NCBI GenBank assembly: GCA_050014495.1
Contig: JBEKDF010000017.1
Coordinates: 1 to 59,705 of the forward strand
DNA from: Candidatus Bathyarchaeia archaeon
Lineage (GTDB): Archaea; Thermoproteota; Bathyarchaeia; TCS64
Length of the DNA: 59,705 bases
Direction of reading: 5' to 3'
Part shown: positions 36,754-47,042 of the stretch, piece after piece
Numbering within the stretch: position 1 is the first letter of the stretch
How the letters are laid out: every line of letters begins with the position of its first letter
Notes under the pieces: model-generated
What the model was told of the DNA's origin: nothing
The model's input: the letters and a program-made list of their open reading frames with translations, nothing else
The model's database searches: none
Made by a program: the position numbers and the translations under genes

Positions 36754-38136
36754 CTATGGTGTGGAACTTGTCATGTTGTATGCCAGGGTGAATTGACTAT
36801 TGGCGTCGGTTTCATAGCTGTTCAGGTATGGTGAGTATGTCTTCACGATGATCCTGTTCTCGGCTGGCTGGAAGTCGAGTATCCTGAGCCATCCGTCCCC
36901 GCCGTTTACCCTAGTCTGGTAATCGGCTAGTATCTGGTAGATGGTGTGCCCCCTCACCACGTCTGATCTCATGGCCTCCGCGTGGTTGTGGCCGCAGAGC
37001 ACGAGGAAGATCTGTTCGGCGTGTGGCGCGACGAAGCGGTTCCAGATCCTGTCGCCGACGGTTGACCGGGTGCCATCGGTGTTCATGTAGTCGTGAGTCG
37101 TCACGATCACCCTCCTCGTCGGGTATTTTGCTATCGTGGTGTTGGCCCAGGCCAAGACAGTGTCGTTTGCATTGTATTGGAGGTTGAAGACTAGGTAGTT
37201 ATCGCCTCCACCCGTGAAGAGCTCGAAGCCGTTGACTTTCCCGAAGTAGTGTGTGAAACTACTGAGGTTCTCGTTGGAGTTTCCCACGGATGATCCGTCG
37301 TGGTTACCGGGGAGGACCGCCCAAGGAACAGCTCCGTCGAGTATGCTGAGGCTGTGGTTCGCGTTCTGCCACTGCGTCGTTATGTCGTAGTTGTTGACGA
37401 CGTCCCCCTCGTGGGCGACGAAGAGTATGTTTAGGTTAGCCACGTTTTTGGTGATCCATCTCGTCTGGTTATCGAAGATTGCGGGGTATGACTCAGAGTA
37501 GTACTGTGTATCGGGGAGGACGACGACGGTGAAGTCTTTTTGGGTGACCCCATATATTAGGTTAAACGAACCCACGGCGAAGGATCCTTCTCCAGACGTT
37601 ACCTTGATGACGTTGGTTATTCCGGATCGGCTGGGATCGAGGTCGGAGACGTTTATGACCTCGACACATGTCTCCCCTGGGGGGACCTGAGAAGATCCTT
37701 TGACTTGGTAGGTGATGGGTACATCGTTGATTTGCACCTGCGCGTCTCCGCTTGGATCCAGGTTGACGGATTTTGAGCCGATGTTCTTCACGATGATCTG
37801 GAGTTCTTGGCCGATTAGTGATACGTTTTGTATCTGAATTGCTTCAACTACTCCCGTGGTCTCATTCAGTTGGCTTCGAAGGACGGTTATTTGCTGGTTT
37901 AGGGCGTTGATCTCGGCGGCTGATGCGGCTGCTTCGGCGTTCAGCTTGTCTATCTCCTTGGTCTTGTTGGCAAGGGTCGCGGTGGTGTTTAGGATTCTCG
38001 TATTGGCTATTGTTAGGTCGGTTGTGAGTTGGTTTATCTTCGGTTGGGTGACATAGTATTCGGCAGAGTAGCCGGCAGTGGTCCCGATTATTAGGCTGGC
38101 TATGATTAGTGCTAGGAGTTTATTGTTTGGGTTCAT
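36754..38136 (-). CDS. Membrane-anchored calcineurin-like metallophosphoesterase with N-terminal coiled coil and pilin-like domain
   Basis: LPDTQ, HEGD, PGNHD, TTH, CGHNH motifs. Confidence 0.9.
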   Translation of the reverse strand: MNPNNKLLALIIASLIIGTTAGYSAEYYVTQPKINQLTTDLTIANTRILNTTATLANKTKEIDKLNAEAAASAAEINALNQQITVLRSQLNETTGVVEAIQIQNVSLIGQELQIIVKNIGSKSVNLDPSGDAQVQINDVPITYQVKGSSQVPPGETCVEVINVSDLDPSRSGITNVIKVTSGEGSFAVGSFNLIYGVTQKDFTVVVLPDTQYYSESYPAIFDNQTRWITKNVANLNILFVAHEGDVVNNYDITTQWQNANHSLSILDGAVPWAVLPGNHDGSSVGNSNENLSSFTHYFGKVNGFELFTGGGDNYLVFNLQYNANDTVLAWANTTIAKYPTRRVIVTTHDYMNTDGTRSTVGDRIWNRFVAPHAEQIFLVLCGHNHAEAMRSDVVRGHTIYQILADYQTRVNGGDGWLRILDFQPAENRIIVKTYSPYLNSYETDANSQFTLAYNMTSSTP

Positions 38137-38498
38137 CTCTGAACTTGTATTGGTGTTGCTTGTTGAAAACTCGTTTGATTTCTATTCTGTGGTCTAAAAT
38201 CCCTTTTTTATTCCATCTAGCTGCTGCGAGAGCAAATAACTGGTTACACTTTAGCCGCTTAGAACCCGTCACTCTCATCGGAGGACATGACGTGAGGTGG
38301 CTGAGAGTATGTTTGAGAATTAGGGCCTCTTCGGCCCCCTCTGATGCTCGGTCTGCTCCGCAGATCCTCGCGGTGTACGATTATATTTACACCGCTATGA
38401 TTCATCTATTTTTCCCACAATATAAATGCAAGGGAGCAAATCTAGGCTCATCCACTTGCTCGCGTGAGTACAGATGCTTTCATGGCCTGCGCGCGTTA

Positions 38499-38756
38499 TT
38501 ACCTGGCGGAGTATAGAATATTTTTCGATGCTCCCTCTTTCTTAGATTTTTTGACGATGTATCCTTCGGATGCGAGTTTATCGAGGGACCTTTTAGCCAT
38601 TTGGACGCCGAAGGAATAATCGTTGGGTTTTCCCCGTGATGGAGGGGGACCACGAGTGTCATAGTTTGCTATCTGATATGCTGTATATGATTTGCCGCGA
38701 TTCTCCCTTAGTTGAGTGAGGATTCTCCACTCGTAGGCATTCATCGCTTCGACCAT
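38499..38756 (-). CDS. Small winged-helix-like hypothetical protein
   Basis: WRILTQLREN...TAYQIA...AKRSLDKLASEGYIVK. Confidence 0.55.
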   Translation of the reverse strand: MVEAMNAYEWRILTQLRENRGKSYTAYQIANYDTRGPPPSRGKPNDYSFGVQMAKRSLDKLASEGYIVKKSKKEGASKNILYSAR

Positions 38757-38802
38757 GTGGTCATTGTTCGTGTAAATTAATACGCATGATGGAGTGTTGA
38801 TA

Positions 38803-38985
38803 TTAATTATTACTCGCATGCGTTGGTCTCGTCATTAGTAGATTTTCTTCCGCCTGTGCGTATTCGGCGAAGCATTTGAGGCATACTTCCCCCTTGTCTG
38901 GTATGTAGGCCATGAAGGTTGTGAGTGGTTCGTTGCAGCAGGCGCATTTTACGGTTTTTTCTTTAGATAATTTGGGTTTAGCCAT
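38803..38985 (-). CDS. Small Zn-finger protein (CxxC...CxxC)
   Basis: MAKPKLSKEKTVKCACCNEPLTTFMAYIPDKGEVCLKCFAEYAQAEENL; supported by its paralog at 36516-36665. Confidence 0.75.
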   Translation of the reverse strand: MAKPKLSKEKTVKCACCNEPLTTFMAYIPDKGEVCLKCFAEYAQAEENLLMTRPTHASNN

Positions 38986-39235
38986 GCAATGTACTTCTAT
39001 TATGTTCATTTTAAGATCTTCGAAGTATTGATTCTAACATAATGTAATGGTTATTGGAATTGAATTCTTTTATAGTTCAATTGTTTAATTTGAATTTCAT
39101 TTCTTTTCGATTTGTTAGGTTAGATCTGATTTGCTTTTAAATTTAAATATAGTTGAAACCACTTTATGTTAACTATAGTTTCTGATGATTGATTAGTACA
39201 ATATTCTCGAAGAGGATATAAAGCCCTTAAAGCTA

Positions 39236-39655
39236 TTGTATCTTTCACATAGGAATAATTGGAGTAGGTGGTTTCTTCTCAACTTGTTCACAGGGGAGTT
39301 CCTCTCAGGGGTCCGGCGCCAGGCACTGCGTAGGCGGGTCTGGTATAGCGCGCTGGATGGGTTGGAGAGGGGCATCCTATCGATCTCGGCTAGGATAATA
39401 GACGACGTCAAGAGCAGTCTACTAAACGTTCAGTTAGTGAGGATCATTGCGAAGCTCAGGGACGCCTGCAAGTCGGGGTTTGTTAGGCATCTAGAACGTT
39501 ATGGTGTTGAGAGGGTTCGTGTGGTTCAGGGTGAGGCGTTTAGGCTGGGTTACCTCGGTGCTGGTGTGCTCTCGAAGGACCTGGGGTTCATCAGGTACCT
39601 GATGTTCCTCGACTACAATCAGCCAATTGGTTGGAGGATATACCCTACACATTGA
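39236..39655 (+). CDS. Conserved basic hypothetical protein
   Basis: RRQALRRRVWYSALDGLERGIL; GC-rich coding-like sequence. Confidence 0.7.
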   Translation: MYLSHRNNWSRWFLLNLFTGEFLSGVRRQALRRRVWYSALDGLERGILSISARIIDDVKSSLLNVQLVRIIAKLRDACKSGFVRHLERYGVERVRVVQGEAFRLGYLGAGVLSKDLGFIRYLMFLDYNQPIGWRIYPTH

Positions 39656-40623
39656 ATGCCCCTAACTATAGTATACGCGCGATTAGCGAGACAAATTTCG
39701 TTACTAACTCTGAAAAAGATATTGAGGAAAAGATTAGACCTTACATTGTTGCTTGTATCCCTGCTTATAATGAAGCGCAAACAATAGGCAATGTGGTTCT
39801 CTCGGTCAAGGAGTACGTTGATGAAGTAATTGTATGTGATGATGGATCCAATGATTTAACGTATGAAATCGCTGAAGATTTAGGGGCGACTCTTATTAGA
39901 CATGAGAAAAATCAGGGATATGGAGCATCGATTAACAGCCTTTTTAATCAAGCCATTAAGACGGATGCGGATTATATTATAACCATCGATGGCGACGGCC
40001 AACATCAAGCGTTGGATATATTGACTTTACTAGATAGGATAAAGCAGGGAGATGTCGACATAGTTATTGGATCGAGATTTGTTAAAGGCGGTAAAACTGA
40101 AGCTCCATCCTGGAGGAATATCGGTATTAAAGTAATTTCAACTTTTGCTTCAAAAGGAGGTGCAAAGATTACCGATGCACAATCCGGCCTCAGAGTCTAT
40201 ACTCGGGAAGCGATCATGAGCCTTAACCTTGCCGAACAAGGAATGGGGATAAGTACAGAGATTATCATGAAGTCGAGGGATAAAAATCTAAGAATTGAAG
40301 AAGTCCCAATTTCTGTGCTTTATAGAAAAAAAACTACTACACGTTCTCCATTTTCTCAAGGTTTTAGCGTATTATTTAGTACATTTAAATTTTTATCAAT
40401 AAGAAAGCCGCTTCTATCATACAGTTTACCAGGCTTCGTATCCTTTTGTATATCACTGATTTTTTGGATCTGGGCCCTTGATATATTTGCAAAGACTAGC
40501 AGTTTGGTCACTAACATTACCTTAATAGCGATAGGTACATCTGTGATTGGTTTAATGTTAATGACTGCAGGCCTCATTTTATGGGTTACAATTAGTGTGG
40601 TTAGAGAAAAAAATCCAACTTGA
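39631..40623 (+). CDS. GT2 glycosyltransferase (DPM1-like) with C-terminal TM helices; start uncertain
   Basis: IPAYNE, CDDGSND, NQGYG, DGDGQH, GSRF, DAQSG. Confidence 0.9.
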   Translation: MEDIPYTLNAPNYSIRAISETNFVTNSEKDIEEKIRPYIVACIPAYNEAQTIGNVVLSVKEYVDEVIVCDDGSNDLTYEIAEDLGATLIRHEKNQGYGASINSLFNQAIKTDADYIITIDGDGQHQALDILTLLDRIKQGDVDIVIGSRFVKGGKTEAPSWRNIGIKVISTFASKGGAKITDAQSGLRVYTREAIMSLNLAEQGMGISTEIIMKSRDKNLRIEEVPISVLYRKKTTTRSPFSQGFSVLFSTFKFLSIRKPLLSYSLPGFVSFCISLIFWIWALDIFAKTSSLVTNITLIAIGTSVIGLMLMTAGLILWVTISVVREKNPT

Positions 40624-40782
40624 ATCATACGATTACGCACGCAAGAAAGTAATTGCAATGTCTATTAAAGATAAAGTAAATCAACCATCAAACTGAACCG
40701 GGTTTTGAAAAGAGAGTAGATAATATCAATGAATGGTTTTAAAGTTAACTTCTCTAACATTAAAAAAATCTGTTGATTATTA

Positions 40783-41985
40783 TTGAATGTATTAATTCTC
40801 GCACAATATTACCCACCGGATATGGGTGGGGGGGCAACGAGAGCATCTAACATGTCAAACGCCTTAGTTTCTAATGATTGTAGTGTAACTGTAATAACCT
40901 CATTTCCACATTATCCAAAAGGAAATATACCTAAGAAATATCGATGGAAACCTTTGGTGATAGAAAATGAAAATGAAATTAAAGTGATTAGAACATTTGT
41001 TCCACCCTTAGCCTCGACTGGGTTAATGAGGAGAGTCGTTCTGTTTCTTTCATTTATTATTGGCTGTATTTATGCCATGCCTTTAGTTGGAGAAATTGAC
41101 GTAATTTGGGCAGGGAACCCGAATGTTATTTCGGTTTATCCAAGTATTATTTATAAAATAATAAAGAAAAAGCCCATTATTCAAAATGTAGATGATCTAT
41201 GGCCCGAATCTTTAATTGATTTAAATTGGGCTAATAAAAAAATACTAATTTTTCCGTTGAAAATAATTGCTTTTATTACATACTCTATTTCTTCAGCAAT
41301 TACTTTAATTAGTCCTGCCTATTCTAAAATTTTAATTGATGAATATCACGTTAATCCAGCTAAATTGAGTGTTATTTTTGCTGGTGTTGATCTTAATGTA
41401 TTCAATAATAAGATTGAGGAAAAAAAGTCACCATTTTTTAGGATATTATATATTGGATCGTTTTCTCCAGCCTACGATTTTGATCAAATTCTGAATGCAG
41501 CTGAGTTGCTTTTACCTATTCATAACGTTCAATTTATTTTACAAGGAGGTGGAGAACTTCTTCCAAGCATACAGAAAAAAGTCCAAGAAAGAAAATTATC
41601 AAATGTTAATGTTGTTGATAAAATAGTTGATAGGAAAAAAGTTGCTAAAATTCTGGCTGAAGTGGATGTTTTAATTTTACCACTTGGTGATTTTAAATAC
41701 GTTGAAACAGGGATTTCCACAAAATTATTTGAATATCAGGCAGCTCAGAAAGCTATTATTTGTTGTTCTCGAGGAATGCATAAAGAGTACATTTTATCTA
41801 CTAAATCGGGTATAGCAGTTGATCCTGGGGACTATAAATCTCTAGCAAATGCTATTTTATTTTTAAAAGAACATGAGAATCTATCTGAGGAGTATGGATT
41901 AAATGGTAGAAGATTTGTCGAAAATAATTTGACTTTAAAACATATTGGATTAGAGATGGTTAATATTATAAATAATTTAAAATAA
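40783..41985 (+). CDS. GT4 glycosyltransferase (WbuB-like)
   Basis: QYYPPDMGG, FPHYP, DLWPES, KLFEY. Confidence 0.9.
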   Translation: MNVLILAQYYPPDMGGGATRASNMSNALVSNDCSVTVITSFPHYPKGNIPKKYRWKPLVIENENEIKVIRTFVPPLASTGLMRRVVLFLSFIIGCIYAMPLVGEIDVIWAGNPNVISVYPSIIYKIIKKKPIIQNVDDLWPESLIDLNWANKKILIFPLKIIAFITYSISSAITLISPAYSKILIDEYHVNPAKLSVIFAGVDLNVFNNKIEEKKSPFFRILYIGSFSPAYDFDQILNAAELLLPIHNVQFILQGGGELLPSIQKKVQERKLSNVNVVDKIVDRKKVAKILAEVDVLILPLGDFKYVETGISTKLFEYQAAQKAIICCSRGMHKEYILSTKSGIAVDPGDYKSLANAILFLKEHENLSEEYGLNGRRFVENNLTLKHIGLEMVNIINNLK

Positions 41986-42029
41986 GGTATTTAATTGAAG
42001 AGTACAAAATTAATGCCTAATTTATTCAT

Positions 42030-42467
42030 TTGTCTAAGTATATGATGACTAGTCGATACTTGCCTTTGCTGATGCTACTTCTGCTCGTTGTGCCTCAGGT
42101 TGAAGCTGTTTCGAGATCCGAAACCCGTGCGACGTTTGAGTTGGCTTTCGCTGAGGTTAAGCTCGTTGAGCAGTACGGAGGCGACGTCTCCGCACTCTTG
42201 CCCAAGCTTAACTTGGCTTTGCAGCTGATCAATTCGGGTAGTGATAATGATCTAGTGAAGGCTCAGCTAATCATTGAAGACGTGAGTCTTGAGGCTCATT
42301 CTGCTCAGGCCTCGGGAGTTAGTTCAACGAACACTCAGTATATTATCGTCGGAGTCTCACTCGTCATACTCGGCGCCTCGGCGGTACTCGTCTACATATA
42401 TGGTGGGAGGCTATTCTGGGGCGTCTGGGTGCGGATGAAGAGGGGTTGGGTCGTTAAGGGCCAATGA
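42030..42467 (+). CDS. Membrane protein in the DUF1616 cluster
   Basis: Signal peptide, helical domain and TM helix; overlaps the next gene. Confidence 0.75.
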   Translation: MSKYMMTSRYLPLLMLLLLVVPQVEAVSRSETRATFELAFAEVKLVEQYGGDVSALLPKLNLALQLINSGSDNDLVKAQLIIEDVSLEAHSAQASGVSSTNTQYIIVGVSLVILGASAVLVYIYGGRLFWGVWVRMKRGWVVKGQ

Positions 42468-42943
42468 TTGACGACGAGGTTAAGTTCGTTGCCATCGGCA
42501 TCATACTCGTAATGATGGGTGTGGTCGTGTACCCGGTGCTATCTTCGCATAGGGTTATTGAGCCCTTCTCTGAGCTTGGCGTCCTCGGTCAAGACGGTAA
42601 GCTGGGGGACTACCCGCACCAGGTTACGGCTGGAGGTGTTGTCAAGTTGTTCCTCTATGTGGGCAATGATGAGGGAAGCGTTCAGTATTATCGTGTTGAT
42701 GTCAAGGTTGGGGATCAGGAACAGAACATCAGCGATGTGGTGCCTTTAGATGCCCCTGTGATATCGTCCTACGAGCTTGTCATTTCCAATGGAGCTAATA
42801 CGACGACTCCAATAAGCTTCAGTGTAGACGATGTTGGCTTGAATCGCAGGGTCGTCTTCGAACTCTACAGGTACGACGCAGATTTGGGTGGGTTCAATTA
42901 TCAGCTTTGGGCTCAATTATGGATGAACGTGACGACGACCTAG
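42464..42943 (+). CDS. DUF1616-like protein (soluble domain)
   Basis: EPFSELGVLG.DGKLGDYP...VGNDEG...VFELY...QLWMNV. Confidence 0.8.
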   Translation: MIDDEVKFVAIGIILVMMGVVVYPVLSSHRVIEPFSELGVLGQDGKLGDYPHQVTAGGVVKLFLYVGNDEGSVQYYRVDVKVGDQEQNISDVVPLDAPVISSYELVISNGANTTTPISFSVDDVGLNRRVVFELYRYDADLGGFNYQLWAQLWMNVTTT

Positions 42944-43533
42944 AGGTCGACGAGGCCTCCGAGCGGGTGCTGGAGGCAGTGAGGCCCCATCTTGGGGAGA
43001 CTCTGGGAACAATAGTGAATGAGGCTCCGAAGCTGGGATTCAAGCCCTATGAGGTGGCGAGAGGCATCTACGCGATGGAGACGCAGGGTAGGCTCAGCGT
43101 AGCGGATCCGAATCCTCCATCTGGGTTTGTTGGCTACCTGTTGAGCCTGTACAGCTTGTCGTATTGGTTGCTGCTCGTCTTCATGGCTTTTCAAGCCTAT
43201 GTGATTTGGTGGATGCCCCAGGTCTACCCGCTCACCTACCTCCGCATAATTGTGGCGGTGGTCTTCTTACTCTATATACCGGGTTACACGCTAATTGAGG
43301 CGCTCTACCCAAAGGCGAAGGAGCTGGGGAGGCTGGAGAGGCTTGGACTGAGCGTTGGGCTTAGTCTTGCGCTCGTGCCCCTTGTTGGGCTTATGCTCAA
43401 CTATACTCCATGGGGTATCAGACTGGAGTCATCATTGATTGGCTTGTCTCTCCTGACCGCGATGCTCGGGTTGGTGGCTGTGTATCGTAAGTATGGCTAC
43501 TGGTGTTTGGCTCGAGGTGCGTGGTTTGGCTAG
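42919..43533 (+). CDS. DUF1616-like membrane protein
   Basis: YIPGYTLIEALYP...LERLGLSVGLSLA...LNYTPWGI. Confidence 0.8.
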   Translation: MDERDDDLEVDEASERVLEAVRPHLGETLGTIVNEAPKLGFKPYEVARGIYAMETQGRLSVADPNPPSGFVGYLLSLYSLSYWLLLVFMAFQAYVIWWMPQVYPLTYLRIIVAVVFLLYIPGYTLIEALYPKAKELGRLERLGLSVGLSLALVPLVGLMLNYTPWGIRLESSLIGLSLLTAMLGLVAVYRKYGYWCLARGAWFG

Positions 43534-44251
43534 GAGAATCGACGCTTACGTGTCTGTTGGGCTTGGATTCGTTGGATTTGGGGCACCCTTAGCAGCTTAC
43601 TGCTACTGGATCGTTCATATTGTACCCCTTACGGCGTTGGGTTTGGCTCTTGTTGTACTCGGCGTCTCGGTTGTGTTGATCCCTCAGAACCCAGTTCCCA
43701 CCAGCGTTGTGAGGGGGATGGTGGAAGATGCATGTGCAAATGTGGAGGCTGAGCTTGAGCAGTTCGACGCTCGCGAGAAGGCGTGGTATTTGCCCCCTAG
43801 GGATGGGTGCGTCTTATGCTTCGTACCGCTCGTAGCCGACGTGAAGCCGGCTGTTGTGCAGGCTGCGTCGCGGGCCCCAGTGAAGATGTTGACAGAGTCA
43901 ATGGGCGTCCCTGGGTTGATGGTGTTTCCACCTGGGTCTAAGATCCTGAGGTCCTCACAGCTTGATGGAGATGCGGGGCTCGAGGATGCGATGATAAATG
44001 TGCTCGTTGATTACCTTGAAGGAGCAGAGTCTGTAAAGGTTATCAAAGAGGGAAGCAGAGTCAACGTTTTTATAAAAAAGACTAGGCTGCAAACTGACTT
44101 CTCTAGGTTCAACTATGTGCTCGGCTCGATTACAGTGAGTGTGCTTGGTTGCGTAGCTGCGCAGGTACTTAATGTCCCGGTGAGAGTTTTAGATGAGAGG
44201 ACCGAGGGAAGGAATTTGAGTGCTATCTTCGAGGTGCTTGGGGTTGGATAG
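43526..44251 (+). CDS. Membrane-associated hypothetical protein
   Basis: Two N-terminal TM helices, YLPP and FPPG motifs; GAGGTG ribosome-binding site before the TTG start. Confidence 0.75.
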   Translation: MARRIDAYVSVGLGFVGFGAPLAAYCYWIVHIVPLTALGLALVVLGVSVVLIPQNPVPTSVVRGMVEDACANVEAELEQFDAREKAWYLPPRDGCVLCFVPLVADVKPAVVQAASRAPVKMLTESMGVPGLMVFPPGSKILRSSQLDGDAGLEDAMINVLVDYLEGAESVKVIKEGSRVNVFIKKTRLQTDFSRFNYVLGSITVSVLGCVAAQVLNVPVRVLDERTEGRNLSAIFEVLGVG

Positions 44252-44483
44252 GCACAAGCAGTTCGCGTTAGCCTTGGGTGGGCTGGAGATGGCGACGGTT
44301 GTAAGCCTTTCAGCACAGGGAAATGTGCAGCTTGAGGTCTATGTTGTCAGTTTTGCTATATGTTACTTCACTTCGTCAGCGGTATTTCGGCCAAGACGCC
44401 GATGGTTTGACATCGTGGGTGCAGTGCTATTCCTCGCCTTCTGTTATATCATCGCGTTGAAGGTACTGGAATTCCTATTATAG
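44244..44483 (+). CDS. Small membrane protein
   Basis: GAGGTG site then TTG; 3 TM helices; last gene of the overlapping block. Confidence 0.7.
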   Translation: MDRHKQFALALGGLEMATVVSLSAQGNVQLEVYVVSFAICYFTSSAVFRPRRRWFDIVGAVLFLAFCYIIALKVLEFLL

Positions 44484-44658
44484 ATTGGTATTATGCATAA
44501 GCGATGTTTCACTACTCTTTATTGGCTCAGTTGCGCCAGTGTTAGCTATTACCGATCTGTAATGTGTGCCGAGACAAATCTAAATAACCTCAAAGTTGTT
44601 CTTTCGCGCCTAATCCTCTGCACTATATCGAAGCTGGAGAGCAGCATAAGGGTTTGAA

Positions 44659-45753
44659 TTGAAAGTCGCTGTAATCTTGGGCACTAGACCTGAGATCATC
44701 AAAATGTCTCCCATAATCAGAGAACTTGAAAAGAGGGAGATCGACTTCTTCATACTTCATACTGGGCAGCATTATGACTATGAGATGGATGGGGCCTTCT
44801 TTGATGAGTTGAAGCTTCCTAAACCGAAGTATAATCTTGGCGTCGGTTCTGGAAGTCAAGCCGAGCAGACTGGTCGAATCCTGATCAGTGTCGAGGGTCT
44901 TCTTGTCAAGGAAAGGCCGGATGTGATCCTTGTTCAGGGTGATACTAATACGGTCCTCGCGGGAGCGCTGGCTGGTTCTAAACTTGGTGTAAAAGTTGGT
45001 CATGTTGAGGCTGGTCTTCGAAGTTATGATAAGAGTATGTCCGAGGAAATCAACAGGGTAATTACTGACCACATATCGGATTACCTCTTCGCCCCAACTA
45101 CTACCGCTAAGCAGAATCTCGAGCGTGAGGGTATCGCGGAGAACAAGATCCTAGTTACTGGCAACACAATCGTTGATGCGGTAAACCAAAATCTGGAGCT
45201 ATCTCGGAAGAAGAGTAAGGTTCTGAAGTCATTCAATTTAGAAAATGGAAATTTTTTCCTAGTGACAGCCCATCGAGCTGAGAACGTTGACTCTAAGACT
45301 AATTTCACCGGGATCATAAATGGCCTAAAGGCTATTCGAAAAGAGTACAATATTCCAGTTATATTACCCCTGCATCCCAGATCTCTTAAGATGGTAAAAG
45401 AGTTTAATCTGGATATTTCGGGTCTGATGGTCATTACACCCATGAATTATCTAGATTTCCTAAGTCTAGAATCAAATGCGAAGGTCATCCTCACAGACTC
45501 TGGTGGGGTTCAAGAGGAGTCCTGTATCTTAGGAGTCCCCTGCGTTACCCTCAGGGAGAAAACCGAGCGACCCGAGACTGTTGAGGTTGGTGCTAATCGA
45601 ATTGTTGGTACAAGTGTGGAGAGAATAATTGATGGAGTTAGAGATGCGGTGAGTAATCAGAAAAAGTGGCTTAATCCCTTTGGCGACGGACACGCTGGCG
45701 AACTTATTATAACTTATCTGCGTGAGCTAATGTCAAGACAAAAGCATAATTAA
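44659..45753 (+). CDS. wecB: UDP-N-acetylglucosamine 2-epimerase (non-hydrolysing)
   Basis: GTRPEIIK, HTGQHYD, QGDT, HVEAGLRS, TDSGGVQEE. Confidence 0.95.
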   Translation: MKVAVILGTRPEIIKMSPIIRELEKREIDFFILHTGQHYDYEMDGAFFDELKLPKPKYNLGVGSGSQAEQTGRILISVEGLLVKERPDVILVQGDTNTVLAGALAGSKLGVKVGHVEAGLRSYDKSMSEEINRVITDHISDYLFAPTTTAKQNLEREGIAENKILVTGNTIVDAVNQNLELSRKKSKVLKSFNLENGNFFLVTAHRAENVDSKTNFTGIINGLKAIRKEYNIPVILPLHPRSLKMVKEFNLDISGLMVITPMNYLDFLSLESNAKVILTDSGGVQEESCILGVPCVTLREKTERPETVEVGANRIVGTSVERIIDGVRDAVSNQKKWLNPFGDGHAGELIITYLRELMSRQKHN

Positions 45754-45769
45754 TAATGGAGAGAATAAT

Positions 45770-47032
45770 ATGAAAAATATTTGTGTGATTGGGCTTGGTT
45801 ATATTGGCATACCTACTGCATTAGTTTTTGCAGCTAACAATTTTACAATTTGGGGAGTTGATGTAGATAAAACTAAAGTAGATTCGATTAATAATAAAAT
45901 AATACCATTCCACGAAACAGAAGTGGATACTTTTTCTAAACCAATATTTCAAAATAATATTTTTACTGCAGGAATATCTGTTCGAAAAGCAGATGTTTTT
46001 ATAATCTGTGTTCCTACACCATTAAAAGAAAATAAAAATGAATGTGATTTAAGATATGTTCAAGCAGCTACTGAATCAATTGTTCCTTGTTTACAAAAAG
46101 ATAACTTAGTCATTTTAGAATCAACTGTTCCTCCAAGAACCTGTGAAGATCTAGTTATACCTATATTAGAAAAATCTGGTTTAAAAGTTACTAAAGATTT
46201 CTATTTTGCTCATTGTCCAGAGCGATTATTACCAGGAAATATAATATATGAAATTATATATAACGACAGAATAATTGGTGGCATTGATAAAAAAAGTACC
46301 GATTTAGCATTTGAACTATATTCCTCTTTTGTTAAAGGCTCAATTTTTAAAACTAATACAAGAACTGCAGAGATGTGTAAATTAATGGAAAACACATATC
46401 GTGATGTAAATATTGCATTGGCTAATGAATTATTGTTGATATGTGAAAAACTAGATATAAATATTTATGAAGCGATCAATATAGCTAATAAACATCCTAG
46501 AGTTAAAATTTTACAACCGGGGCCAGGAGTCGGGGGACATTGTCTTCCTAAAGATCCTTGGCTTATTTATGAAATGGCGCCAGAAATATCTAAATTATTG
46601 AAAACCGCTAGATTAATTAATAAAAACATGCCAAATGAAGTCGTCAAAAATATTATTAAAATTGATGAAAAATCTACATTGAGGAAAATCTCTCTTTGGG
46701 GAGTTTCGTATAAGGGAAACGTAGATGATCCTAGGGATTCTCCCTCCTATGATATTTTCTCGAAATTAGTGGAACATGGGTTTACCGTATCTGTATTTGA
46801 TCCAATAGTGAATAATGGAAATTTAAAATTGGATAATCTAGAAAATTCAGTAACTAATGCAGATCTGATTTTAATAATTACTGACCATGATGTATTCAAT
46901 AATCAGGATTTATTTAAAATTAGGAAAAAAATGAATAAATTAATTGTATTTGACACAAGAAATTTTATTTTTGAAGATAAATGGAAGGTTGCTGGGTTCA
47001 AGATTTATAAATTTGGAACAATATCAAGATAG
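45770..47032 (+). CDS. wecC: UDP-N-acetyl-D-mannosamine dehydrogenase
   Basis: GLGYIG, CVPTP, ESTVPP, CPER, KLMEN, PGPGVGGHC; adjacent to wecB. Confidence 0.9.
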   Translation: MKNICVIGLGYIGIPTALVFAANNFTIWGVDVDKTKVDSINNKIIPFHETEVDTFSKPIFQNNIFTAGISVRKADVFIICVPTPLKENKNECDLRYVQAATESIVPCLQKDNLVILESTVPPRTCEDLVIPILEKSGLKVTKDFYFAHCPERLLPGNIIYEIIYNDRIIGGIDKKSTDLAFELYSSFVKGSIFKTNTRTAEMCKLMENTYRDVNIALANELLLICEKLDINIYEAINIANKHPRVKILQPGPGVGGHCLPKDPWLIYEMAPEISKLLKTARLINKNMPNEVVKNIIKIDEKSTLRKISLWGVSYKGNVDDPRDSPSYDIFSKLVEHGFTVSVFDPIVNNGNLKLDNLENSVTNADLILIITDHDVFNNQDLFKIRKKMNKLIVFDTRNFIFEDKWKVAGFKIYKFGTISR

Positions 47033-47042
47033 GTGTGATCGT

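Noticed and set aside
38259..38405. 48-codon minus-strand ORF containing an 8-bp hairpin (gcggtgta/tacaccgc)
   Set aside because: No motif or second copy; cannot be distinguished from chance.
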